A stretch of DNA of 60,763 nt, filler included. It is 5 parts of 5 records of this genome, joined end to end, with 100 filler letters (N's around TTAATTAATTAA, not from the genome) between each part and the next. Parts side by side here need not be neighbours in the genome. Positions count along the whole stretch, not along the records: positions 29,689 to 60,763 come from DRR723986_6273; 4 more parts are not named here. One strand, given 5' to 3'. A program made the translations under genes and the position numbers. The notes beneath the pieces were generated by a model, which saw only the letters and a list, made by a program, of their open reading frames with translations, was not told the origin of the DNA and made no database searches. Positions 41,040 through 49,904 of the stretch are shown here, in pieces (positions within the stretch are counted from its first letter, which is position 1; every line of letters begins with the position of its first letter).

Positions 41040-41690
41040 TTAATAAACCCGAATTTTTTTAATTTTAGAGCCAACGTTAAAGTCAATAAAATCTATTGGT
41101 TCTAGATCTGATGATCCCGTTGGGTTGATGTTACAATCAGCTCCGTCTAGAATAAACTGAACATCCTTTAATTCATCTGTTTCCATCACATATCTATCAC
41201 TGATGTATGAATACCAGATGTGAGCATCCGGGTAGGCTGCTTGAAACTCTTCAAGAGTAGAGCCAACTCCTACACCTTTGGATGTTTCATAATAATTAGA
41301 CAACACCAACATTTCTTGAATATCTTTATCTTCATGGTGTTCATCATCCATTTGATGATCCATTATTAACTCCAACACATCTTCAAGCTGATTGAAAATA
41401 ACATTGTGAGTCAGCTCTGGACCTGGCTCTCCTTCGCTCATTTCTGACTTCACAAATTGACGCATCTTAAGTTCTGTTGGTAAAGTGGGCACTTCAGAAC
41501 CTATGGTGAACAAGCCCACATTTTTGGATGAAATGAGAATCGAATTGATTACCTCTGTTTCTTCTTCAGCAACGACAACTGAATCTTCCGTTACAGTCTC
41601 TGATACATCATTCGAATCCGTATTATCTTCATTTGATCCACAAGAAAAAAATAAGAATAACGGAATTCCGGTTATATAGATAGCTTTCAT
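41040..41690 (-). CDS. acidic lipoprotein of unknown function
   Basis: Lipobox FFSC, T..GVGVGSTLEE..AYP motif; -7 box TATATTTG at 41713-41720. Confidence 0.75.
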   Translation of the reverse strand: MKAIYITGIPLFLFFSCGSNEDNTDSNDVSETVTEDSVVVAEEETEVINSILISSKNVGLFTIGSEVPTLPTELKMRQFVKSEMSEGEPGPELTHNVIFNQLEDVLELIMDHQMDDEHHEDKDIQEMLVLSNYYETSKGVGVGSTLEEFQAAYPDAHIWYSYISDRYVMETDELKDVQFILDGADCNINPTGSSDLEPIDFIDFNVGSKIKKIRVY

Positions 41691-41763
41691 GATTTTAGGG
41701 TTTAGGCTTTTTCAAATATAGTCAAACAAAGCATGCAAAGCAATAGCAATCAGTCAAATAAAC

Positions 41764-42345
41764 TTATCCGTGAATTGAAGCTTTTTGACCATACGATTGA
41801 ATGATTTGTTCTTCAAATACCAACCATTCATTCCAACGTTGAGTTACCTTTTCTGTATCCCCGTACTGCTTAGCAAAACCTAAAAACATGGTGTAATGAT
41901 TCGCCTCTGAAATCATTAGCTTATGATAGAATTCAGCCAATTCTGGATCCTTAAAGTTTTCTGACAACACTTTAAAACGTTCACAACTTCTAGCTTCAAT
42001 CAGTGCCGAAAACAGCAGTCGATCAATAAAACAATCCAATCTATCCCCTCCTTTTTCACAAAACTTGTAGAGGCGATTTACATAATCATCCTTCCGTTCT
42101 CTTCCCAATTCAAGCCCTCTTTTTTTAATTATTTCATGTACCATTTTAAAATGCTTAAGCTCTTCATCAGCCAGTTCAAGCATAGCATCTACCAAATCAG
42201 TTTTTTCAGGATTTAAAGTAATTAATGAAATGGCATTTGTTGCAGCCTTTTGCTCGCACCAAGCGTGATCGGACAGAATTTCCGAAATATCATTTTCAAC
42301 TATATTCACCCAACGAGGGTCAGTCTTTAATTTCAATCCTAACAT
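41764..42345 (-). CDS. miaE: tRNA-(ms2io6A)-hydroxylase
   Basis: DHAWCEQKAA, EELKHF, LIEARSCERF, SEANHY diiron motifs. Start 42345. Confidence 0.92.
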   Translation of the reverse strand: MLGLKLKTDPRWVNIVENDISEILSDHAWCEQKAATNAISLITLNPEKTDLVDAMLELADEELKHFKMVHEIIKKRGLELGRERKDDYVNRLYKFCEKGGDRLDCFIDRLLFSALIEARSCERFKVLSENFKDPELAEFYHKLMISEANHYTMFLGFAKQYGDTEKVTQRWNEWLVFEEQIIQSYGQKASIHG

Positions 42346-42422
42346 GCTTTTTTCTTTCAAAATTAAGAATAAATGATTTCGGTAAAATAAATCTGTTCTC
42401 GAAACGACTTAATGAAGTACAT

Positions 42423-42635
42423 ATGAAACTATATAACTTTAAAACCAATATTACGAGTAAAAAGAAAGCGCAAAATTTAATGCTCTTGTTACAGAATTAC
42501 TTTAATATCATATCTGCCGAAATTGATTTTGAAAAGATGAAAGGACTTATGAAAATAGAATCACCTGAACTTTCACCAATCAAGGTCACCAAAGTTCTAA
42601 ATGAATTTGGATACACTTGTGAAGAAATTAATTAA
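42423..42635 (+). CDS. small HMA-like protein lacking CxxC
   Basis: 70 aa, FKTNI..ID..GYTCEE pattern. Confidence 0.55.
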   Translation: MKLYNFKTNITSKKKAQNLMLLLQNYFNIISAEIDFEKMKGLMKIESPELSPIKVTKVLNEFGYTCEEIN

Positions 42636-42972
42636 TCCTAGCGTTTATTAAGGCGATTAAGTCATGCAAATTCAAGTCTTTGAATTCGGAAGAAGCAACC
42701 AATTGTTCTATATTCTCTGAGTTCTCTAACAAAACAACTGGGCAATTAAATTTTTTCTCCGCGGCTGATCGTTGATTACAATATTTAAAATCGGTATTCA
42801 CCTTGATTTCCGAAATGAAGTTTGCCCAATCTTTCTTGCTTCCAAAATTCCCATGAGTTATGGAGCATAAATCGCAGGCATAGGTTTTGGGAGAAAACAC
42901 TTTATGTAAAAAATCAACAGATTGATTGAACATGCCTGACTTAGCATTATAAATGAAAATTAGCTTTTGCAT
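42628..42972 (-). CDS. conserved hypothetical protein with CxxC
   Basis: LIFIYNA.SG, HK..SP.TYACDLCSITHG. Confidence 0.75.
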   Translation of the reverse strand: MQKLIFIYNAKSGMFNQSVDFLHKVFSPKTYACDLCSITHGNFGSKKDWANFISEIKVNTDFKYCNQRSAAEKKFNCPVVLLENSENIEQLVASSEFKDLNLHDLIALINARIN

Positions 42973-42981
42973 GACCTAGTT

Positions 42982-43092
42982 AAAATAACAAAGCCCAACG
43001 ATTGTCGGGCCTTGTACACTACTTACTTTGGAATTACATACTGCTTTTGAAAAACGTTTTTCTCTACTTACAGAAAACCATGAAAAAACTCT
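42982..43092 (-). ncRNA. putative ~100-nt sRNA or attenuated leader
   Basis: -7 box TATATTTG (43097-43104) and terminator-like stem 42988-43015 plus TATTTT. Longest ATG-initiated ORF is MVFCK. Confidence 0.4.
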
Positions 43093-43221
43093 ATCTCAAA
43101 TATAGCATTCATATTAACACTAAAAACAAAAAATAGATTTATCCACCAATTGTCTAGCTGAATACTAATATTTTAACGACCAATTAAAAATCTACCCCCT
43201 AAAAATTCTTACTTTTGGTGG

Positions 43222-43908
43222 ATGACTCAAATACCAAAAAGTAGTTTAGACTTCATAAACAAACTTTCAAAAAATAACAACCGAGACTGGTTCAATGCCA
43301 ATAAGGACAACTACTTAAAGGAACATGAACATATCATTTCATTTGCGGACCAACTATTAGCTGCAATGAACCTACATGACAATATTGAAACAGTTTCTGG
43401 TAAAAAATCGTTGCACCGCATATATAGAGACACCAGGTTTTCAAAGGATAAAACTCCTTACAAAAATCATTGGAGCGGAGGATTTAAGAGAGCCACTCCA
43501 CAATTAAGAGGGGGCTATTACTTTCATATTGCACCAGGCAATTCGTTCGCAGCGGGCGGGTTCTGGGGTCCAAACTCAGATGATCTTAAACGAATTCGAG
43601 AAGAAATTGCATTGAGTGGAGATGATTTTAGAGATGTTTTTGAAGAAAGAAACTTTAAATCATTGTTTGGAAACCTAAGAGGAGAACAGCTTAAATCGGC
43701 ACCAAAAGGATATCCAAAAGATCACACAGAAATTGAATTGTTGCGATACAAACAGTTCCTAGTTAAAAGAGATTTCACAGATCAAGAAGTTATGGCGACC
43801 ACTTTTCTATCTGAGTTGAATAAAACATTCATTGGAATGAGACCTTTTTTCGATTTAATGAGTGAAGTTCTTACAACCAACTCCAATGGAGAATCAACAT
43901 TGAAATGA
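43222..43908 (+). CDS. DUF2461 (TIGR02453) family protein
   Basis: NNNRDWF, RIYRDTRFSKDKTPYK, YYFHI, LKSAPKGY. Confidence 0.92.
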   Translation: MTQIPKSSLDFINKLSKNNNRDWFNANKDNYLKEHEHIISFADQLLAAMNLHDNIETVSGKKSLHRIYRDTRFSKDKTPYKNHWSGGFKRATPQLRGGYYFHIAPGNSFAAGGFWGPNSDDLKRIREEIALSGDDFRDVFEERNFKSLFGNLRGEQLKSAPKGYPKDHTEIELLRYKQFLVKRDFTDQEVMATTFLSELNKTFIGMRPFFDLMSEVLTTNSNGESTLK

Positions 43909-44679
43909 CAATCCAACGGTCAAACCAGATTGTACTTTAGGCGAGATTAATTTCAGATCGGCGTCCAACTGATCTGCTAACATTTCAATCAATTGCATAC
44001 CTAAACTTTCGACTTTCGTGATATCGAAATTCTGCGGCAATCCAACACCATTGTCAGTATAGGAGAAATGAAACCTTTGGTTATCATCAAAAAAGGCATT
44101 TATTATAACTTGACCCTTATTGTCTGGGAAGGCATGTTTAAGTGAGTTGCTGAACATTTCGTTTATCATCAACCCGAGCGGAATCATCTTATCAATATTG
44201 AATTGGCAAGCTTCATCTATTTGCATATCCACCAAAATTTCATGGCTAGGTGGAGCGTATGACATAAAAATTGATCGCTGTAAAAAATCAAGGTATTCGT
44301 TCAATTTGGTGAATTCAAAACCCTCAGAACTATACAACATTTCATGTACCAAAGCCATAGAATCTATCCTTGATTTACTGTCTCTAACAAATGCTAAAAT
44401 TTTTGGGTCAGTTTCGTTTACAGTTTGAAGTCTCAACATTGAGACTATTATTTGCATGTTGTTTTTAACCCTATGGTGTAACTCTTTCAATAGACGCTCT
44501 TTCTCCTTTAAAGAAATTGAATTTTCTTTTAATTCTTCCCCCAACATATTAACACCTGCAGCGATTGCCGAAAGTTCATCTCTAGAAGAATCGACAGGGA
44601 TAGCCTGTTCAAAATCTAACCTGGCATAGGACATTAATAGTTCCATTATGGCCTTTATACGCTCATCCTTAACCTCCAT
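43894..44679 (-). CDS. cytoplasmic HisKA_2 histidine kinase with N-terminal HAMP-like segment
   Basis: ELHHRVKNNMQ, INEMFSNSLKHAF, DNGVGLP, SLGMQLI; no TM segment. Confidence 0.9.
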   Translation of the reverse strand: MEVKDERIKAIMELLMSYARLDFEQAIPVDSSRDELSAIAAGVNMLGEELKENSISLKEKERLLKELHHRVKNNMQIIVSMLRLQTVNETDPKILAFVRDSKSRIDSMALVHEMLYSSEGFEFTKLNEYLDFLQRSIFMSYAPPSHEILVDMQIDEACQFNIDKMIPLGLMINEMFSNSLKHAFPDNKGQVIINAFFDDNQRFHFSYTDNGVGLPQNFDITKVESLGMQLIEMLADQLDADLKLISPKVQSGLTVGLSFQC

Positions 44680-45076
44680 TGACTACCAGAGATTTTTCCA
44701 TAGACCATTCTATGGCGTTTTGTTCATTTGAAAAAATCCTAACGGGAACCTCAGGTTTGCTAACGCCTAAAAAAAAGTTAGCAATCATTCTTGATAAGGC
44801 CGAATCTGCAATTATCGCAATACTGCTAACGTTACTTTTTCTGCCCTTAAGGGTAAAGTGTTCTCGAGCTTCTTTAGTCATTGATTTCATTAAACGTGAA
44901 TCCACAATTAATGGATAAACAGGTTCGGATAACTCATTGACAATTCTACTGTTTTCGATTGCGTCATCTATCTCAATCACAGCCCCCTCTTTTGTTTGCG
45001 TTCTTGCAATTCCATCTTCGCCCATCCAAGTGAAAAAACAACTTGTTTCTCGATATCCAGTTTCTGGTAAACGCAT
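44669..45076 (-). CDS. STAS/SpoIIAA-like small protein
   Basis: LIVD.R, EARE, AII...LSRMIANFF, P.RIF....AIEW pattern. Confidence 0.65.
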   Translation of the reverse strand: MRLPETGYRETSCFFTWMGEDGIARTQTKEGAVIEIDDAIENSRIVNELSEPVYPLIVDSRLMKSMTKEAREHFTLKGRKSNVSSIAIIADSALSRMIANFFLGVSKPEVPVRIFSNEQNAIEWSMEKSLVVNGG

Positions 45077-45139
45077 GCTTAAATATATGATATTTCTTCA
45101 AATTGTTTATCTTGCTACAGTAAATTCAAATGAACCAAT

Positions 45140-47449
45140 TTGATTAAAAAATTCAACGATACTCGAATTAACTTTAAATTGACGATTGCCTTTTTTACAA
45201 TCGCCTTTTTGTCAATATTAGTTATTGGCTTACTCTCTTATTTTTCTGGGAAAAAATCTTTGGAGTTAGAGTCGTTTAATCGACTTACGGCGGTTAGAGA
45301 AATGAAGGCCACTCAAATTGAAGATTATTTCTCAGACATCACAAATCAACTGATAACGTTTTCAGAAGACCATACAGTAGTTGATGCAATAAAAGAGTTT
45401 CAAAACGGTTATGATTCTTTGTTAATTCAGGTTAATGTGAACCCTGGAGTATTAGATTCAGCTAGTAACAGGCTAGAAAATTACTATCAAAACGAATACC
45501 TTCCTCGATTAAATCATAATGTTCAAGTCTCTGAAGATGTAGAACATCATTGGCCTAAGGATCAAACAGCAGTTTTGTTGCAGGATATATTTATTTCTAA
45601 CAACACAAATCCCGTTGGCAAAAAACACTATCTCAATCAAACTAACAATGCGTGTTCATATGGTAAAGCCCACGCTATTTATCACCCTTTAATCCGTTCT
45701 TATCTTGAAAAATTTGAATACTATGACATTTTCTTAGTTGACCACAACACCGGGCGGATTATTTATTCGGTTTATAAAGAGGTTGATTTTGGAACATCTC
45801 TCATTGATGGACCTTACTCAAACTCTAATTTGGCAAAAGCTTTCAACGCTGCCAACGCCTCTACAGATAGAGATTTTGTTAAACTCGTTGACTTTGAACC
45901 ATATCACCCTTCTTATAATGCCCCGTCCTCTTTTATTGCCTCTCCAATTTTTGAAGGTGAAAAAAAACTTGGTGTGTTAATTTTTCAAATGCCTATTCAA
46001 AAAATTAACGAGATCATGACCAATCGTCATGAATGGGCTGATGTTGGACTTGGAGAAAGTGGAGAAACATACATTGTCGCGGACGATTTCACACTGAGAA
46101 ATCAGTCCAGATTTTTCATAGAGGATCAAGAAAACTACTTTAAAATGATAAAGGATATAGGGGTTCCAGAGACCACAATTGCGCAGATTCAAAATTTTGA
46201 ATCAACTGTTGGTTTGCAACCTGTGAAAACATTTGGCACTGAGGCTGCTTTAAAAGGCGAAACCAATACTGAAATCTTCAATGATTACAGAGGCGTACCT
46301 GTTTTATCATCTTATAAACCGTTACAAATCCAGGATATGCATTGGGTAATCATGAGCGAAATAGACCGTGACGAGGCATTTGCACATGTTTATGATTTAA
46401 GGCGTAATATCATTGTCATATTTATCGGGCTTCTAATATCTATCATATTTGCTTCGTTTTTTATTTCCAAAAAAATTACCAAACCTATTAAAATTCTTAC
46501 CGGAAAAGCTCAAGAATTGGCCGGAGGTAACTTAGATGTTGAAATTGAAAGTAATAGTAAAGACGAGATAGGACAATTAGCAAGTAGCTTTTCAGACATG
46601 CAACACTCAATCCATGATTTGGTGCATAATTTAGAAGACAAAGTACTAGAAAGAACACAGGAAATCCAACAACAAAAAGAAATTCTTGAGATAAAAAATC
46701 AGGAAATATTAGATTCTATCAATTATGCTCTGAGATTACAAAAAGCTATTATCCCTACTGAAGCTAAAGTTAAATCCGCGTTGCCGGAAAGTTTCGTTTA
46801 TTTTAAACCTAAAGATATCGTTTCTGGAGATTTTTACTGGATGAATCAACTTGAAGATAAAGTATTGATCGCAGCAATTGATTGCACTGGTCATGGAGTG
46901 CCTGGAGCAATGGTTAGTGTTGTTGGAGCAAATGGTTTGAATCGTTGCGTAAAAGAATTCAATCTCAACAAACCGTCTGACATCCTGGACAAATTAACAG
47001 ATCTCGTAAAAGAAACTTTTGAGTCTGGAGAAGACAAAGTAAAGGACGGAATGGATGGCGCGTTAATCTCAATTGACTTAAAGAATAGAAGGCTTGAGTA
47101 TGCGGGAGCAAACAATCCTCTTTGGATTATTAAACAAGAAGGAGCTTTGATTGAAATTAAAGCTAACAAACAACCGATTGGCGATTTTGATTTTAGAAAA
47201 CCGTTTGAAAACCATACCATTCAACTTTCAGAAGGGGATCAGGTTTATATTTTTTCGGATGGATATGTTGACCAATTTGGTGGTCCAAAGGGCAAAAAAT
47301 TTAAATATAAAACCCTCAAAACTCATTTAGAAGACAACAGACACCTATCTATGGATGAGCAAGTTAAAGTCTTAGATAAAAGATTTCAAGAATGGAAAGG
47401 GAGTTTGGAACAACTTGATGATGTTTGTGTCATAGGAGTAAGATTTTAG
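45140..47449 (+). CDS. membrane sensor with Cache-like domain, HAMP and SpoIIE PP2C phosphatase
   Basis: Two TM segments, YYDIFL..VYKE.DFGT, GLGESGETY, HAMP (DEIGQL), PKDIVSGDFYW, DCTGHGVPGA, FSDG, DDV. TTG start. Confidence 0.9.
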   Translation: MIKKFNDTRINFKLTIAFFTIAFLSILVIGLLSYFSGKKSLELESFNRLTAVREMKATQIEDYFSDITNQLITFSEDHTVVDAIKEFQNGYDSLLIQVNVNPGVLDSASNRLENYYQNEYLPRLNHNVQVSEDVEHHWPKDQTAVLLQDIFISNNTNPVGKKHYLNQTNNACSYGKAHAIYHPLIRSYLEKFEYYDIFLVDHNTGRIIYSVYKEVDFGTSLIDGPYSNSNLAKAFNAANASTDRDFVKLVDFEPYHPSYNAPSSFIASPIFEGEKKLGVLIFQMPIQKINEIMTNRHEWADVGLGESGETYIVADDFTLRNQSRFFIEDQENYFKMIKDIGVPETTIAQIQNFESTVGLQPVKTFGTEAALKGETNTEIFNDYRGVPVLSSYKPLQIQDMHWVIMSEIDRDEAFAHVYDLRRNIIVIFIGLLISIIFASFFISKKITKPIKILTGKAQELAGGNLDVEIESNSKDEIGQLASSFSDMQHSIHDLVHNLEDKVLERTQEIQQQKEILEIKNQEILDSINYALRLQKAIIPTEAKVKSALPESFVYFKPKDIVSGDFYWMNQLEDKVLIAAIDCTGHGVPGAMVSVVGANGLNRCVKEFNLNKPSDILDKLTDLVKETFESGEDKVKDGMDGALISIDLKNRRLEYAGANNPLWIIKQEGALIEIKANKQPIGDFDFRKPFENHTIQLSEGDQVYIFSDGYVDQFGGPKGKKFKYKTLKTHLEDNRHLSMDEQVKVLDKRFQEWKGSLEQLDDVCVIGVRF

Positions 47450-47597
47450 ATAACGAATTACACCCTGTTTTATAGAAATTCACTTTCCGTTGTGAAAACA
47501 TCATAAGTTTTGTCAGCTCAATTTGGCCTTATTACTGTACTTTCAGTGATTATTTATTTATATTTACAATTAGCACAATTGATCTTGATCAATTAAA

Positions 47598-48863
47598 ATG
47601 AATAAGCTTTTACTCTCTATCCTTATTTTAGGGGCAACTTTTATTGCTCATACTCAGCCTGCAAATGATGCTTGTTCTGACTCACAACGGCTTTGCGCAA
47701 ACCAACCACTGCAAGGAACAACAGCTGCCGCAACAGTTGACCCCGCTTCTGATTTAGATTTCTGTACAGTAAATACAGCAACCATTTGGTATCATTTTAC
47801 TACTAATGCAGCAGGAGGTAACGTTACAATAGACATCACGAACATGTCTTTTAACCCGGGAGCCACATACGGACAAACCATTGACGCCATCATTTATTCC
47901 GCAACCTCACCTTGTGTACAAGGAACTATGAACCCTGCCTCGGCCTGTGGAAACAGCGGTGTAGACTTCAGTGTAACAACCTTTGCTGCCTTGAATCCAA
48001 ACACCACCTACTACCTAATGATCAATGGTAACACAAATGGAATGGCAAATTCTGCAGAATGTGATTTCACAATTGATATTTCAGGCCCGGCAGTAGACGC
48101 AACATTCCCAATAGCATCAATTTCTACAATGGATTCGGTTTTATGTGAGGGAGATGATGTACCAGTTGAAACAATCATTGCCAATTGCTCCGATACAGCC
48201 ACATTTGATTGGTATTACAATAACACGCTCATCATTTCTGGTCCAACCAATGATTTTTCAACTACGAGTTTAACTGAAGACGGATACCTTAAACTAATCA
48301 TCAACTGCGGCTCAATCTGCACTTATTCAGACACTACTGATAGTATTTTTTACGAAGTTACTCCAATAGGTGCTAATGCCGGACCCGACAAATTTATTTT
48401 AGATGGGGAACTCGCTAACATTGAAGGCTCAGGGAATGGTACACCTTTGTGGAGCCCAACTGGCACATTAACAGACCCATCTAGTTTTACTCCCACAGCA
48501 AATCCAAGTGTAACGACAACCTATTTTTTAACTGTTAACAACGGGAGCTGCACAGCAACAGATAGTATGAATGTTTTTGTAGGAGAAGTGGTCACAATTT
48601 ACAGTGGGTTTTCTCCTAACGGGGATGATATTAATGACAAATGGGTCATCAAAAACAGTGCTCAATACCCTGACATGGAAGTGACAATTTTCGACAGATC
48701 TGGACAGAGAATTTATCACACAACAGGTTACTCAACTCAAGAAAAATGGTGGGACGGAACCTATAAGGGAAAGGCACTACCAGTATCAACTTATTTTTAT
48801 GTCGTTGATCTAAAAATTGGTGATGAAGGTATTTTCAAAGGTCAAATAAACTTGATAAGATGA
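47598..48863 (+). CDS. T9SS type-B CTD (CHU_C) secreted protein
   Basis: Signal peptide, QPANDAC, ANAGPD Ig-like module, FSPNGDDIND.W..IFDRSG..WDG..TYFY. Confidence 0.88.
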   Translation: MNKLLLSILILGATFIAHTQPANDACSDSQRLCANQPLQGTTAAATVDPASDLDFCTVNTATIWYHFTTNAAGGNVTIDITNMSFNPGATYGQTIDAIIYSATSPCVQGTMNPASACGNSGVDFSVTTFAALNPNTTYYLMINGNTNGMANSAECDFTIDISGPAVDATFPIASISTMDSVLCEGDDVPVETIIANCSDTATFDWYYNNTLIISGPTNDFSTTSLTEDGYLKLIINCGSICTYSDTTDSIFYEVTPIGANAGPDKFILDGELANIEGSGNGTPLWSPTGTLTDPSSFTPTANPSVTTTYFLTVNNGSCTATDSMNVFVGEVVTIYSGFSPNGDDINDKWVIKNSAQYPDMEVTIFDRSGQRIYHTTGYSTQEKWWDGTYKGKALPVSTYFYVVDLKIGDEGIFKGQINLIR

Positions 48864-49804
48864 GGATAGGATCGATAATCATATTGTGCTCTCTGCTCTT
48901 TTCTTTCAAAGGAATTGCCCAACAATTGGAACATTATACACAGTATCAACACAACCAATTTGCATTCAATCCAGCCGTGGCTGGAACTAAAAACTGTCTA
49001 GATATTAGAACGGGTTATCGCTTTCAATGGGCTGGAATAGATGGAGCACCTCAGACAGGATTTATCAATGCTCACGCTCCCTTAAGATTAGGTAAAAAAA
49101 GAAATACTTTTGGGCCGAAACATGGAATCGGTGGTCAAATAAAACGGGACGTTTTTGGCCCCTTCTCTTTTCTTAGCTTGCATGCTGCCTACGCCTTACA
49201 TTTGCCCGTCTCAAGAAAATGGACCGCCTCATTAGGACTGTCATTTGGATTCAAACAATCTGTCTATGATGCCGCCAACATAACAACGGAAATCGCAGAT
49301 CCTGCCTTTCCTGGGACAAGTCAATCGTTTATCGTTTTTCCTGATGCGAAACTTGGGGCTTGGGTAACCAACAAAAAAACTTATGTTGGATTATCACTGC
49401 ATAATTTATTTGGAAATACATTTTCGAAAATTGGCCCAGGTGCAAAAGCCCAAAGACATGTCTATATTACAGCAGGCCACAGTTTTCCACTTGAAAAAAA
49501 CTGGTCATTCATTCCTTCGTTATTTGTACTTTGGACAAAATCTACTCCTATTGATTTTCACTTGAGTGCCCTACTTGATTTAAATAATAAGTTTTCTTTT
49601 GGCTTGGGAATGCGAAGAACGGATGCCGTTACCGCACAAGTGCGAGTAAAATTCTTTAATTGGATATCTTTAGGGTATTCATTTGACTTTATCATTTCAA
49701 AACTAAATGGCAATATGTGGCAATCACATGAAATTACTGGTGGATTCAATTCGTGCTCAAATTATGGTAATTCAAGCACGACCGATTGCCCTAGTTTTGA
49801 ATAA
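48860..49804 (+). CDS. PorP/SprF family T9SS outer-membrane protein
   Basis: YTQY..NPAVAG..R.QW.GIDGAPQT, GYSFD, SHE. Confidence 0.9.
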   Translation: MRIGSIIILCSLLFSFKGIAQQLEHYTQYQHNQFAFNPAVAGTKNCLDIRTGYRFQWAGIDGAPQTGFINAHAPLRLGKKRNTFGPKHGIGGQIKRDVFGPFSFLSLHAAYALHLPVSRKWTASLGLSFGFKQSVYDAANITTEIADPAFPGTSQSFIVFPDAKLGAWVTNKKTYVGLSLHNLFGNTFSKIGPGAKAQRHVYITAGHSFPLEKNWSFIPSLFVLWTKSTPIDFHLSALLDLNNKFSFGLGMRRTDAVTAQVRVKFFNWISLGYSFDFIISKLNGNMWQSHEITGGFNSCSNYGNSSTTDCPSFE

Positions 49805-49904
49805 AACAACCTTTGACGCTATCCTTTCGTTTTGTATATTGAAGTCGAATAGGAGGATAGCCAACAAATATTTGACTTAAATGACACCTACAAAATTACA
49901 CACT

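Noticed and set aside
40608-43030. Invertible DNA segment bounded by the inverted repeat
   Set aside because: The repeats are imperfect and no recombinase gene is in the contig. RNA pairing fits better, though read orientation should be checked.
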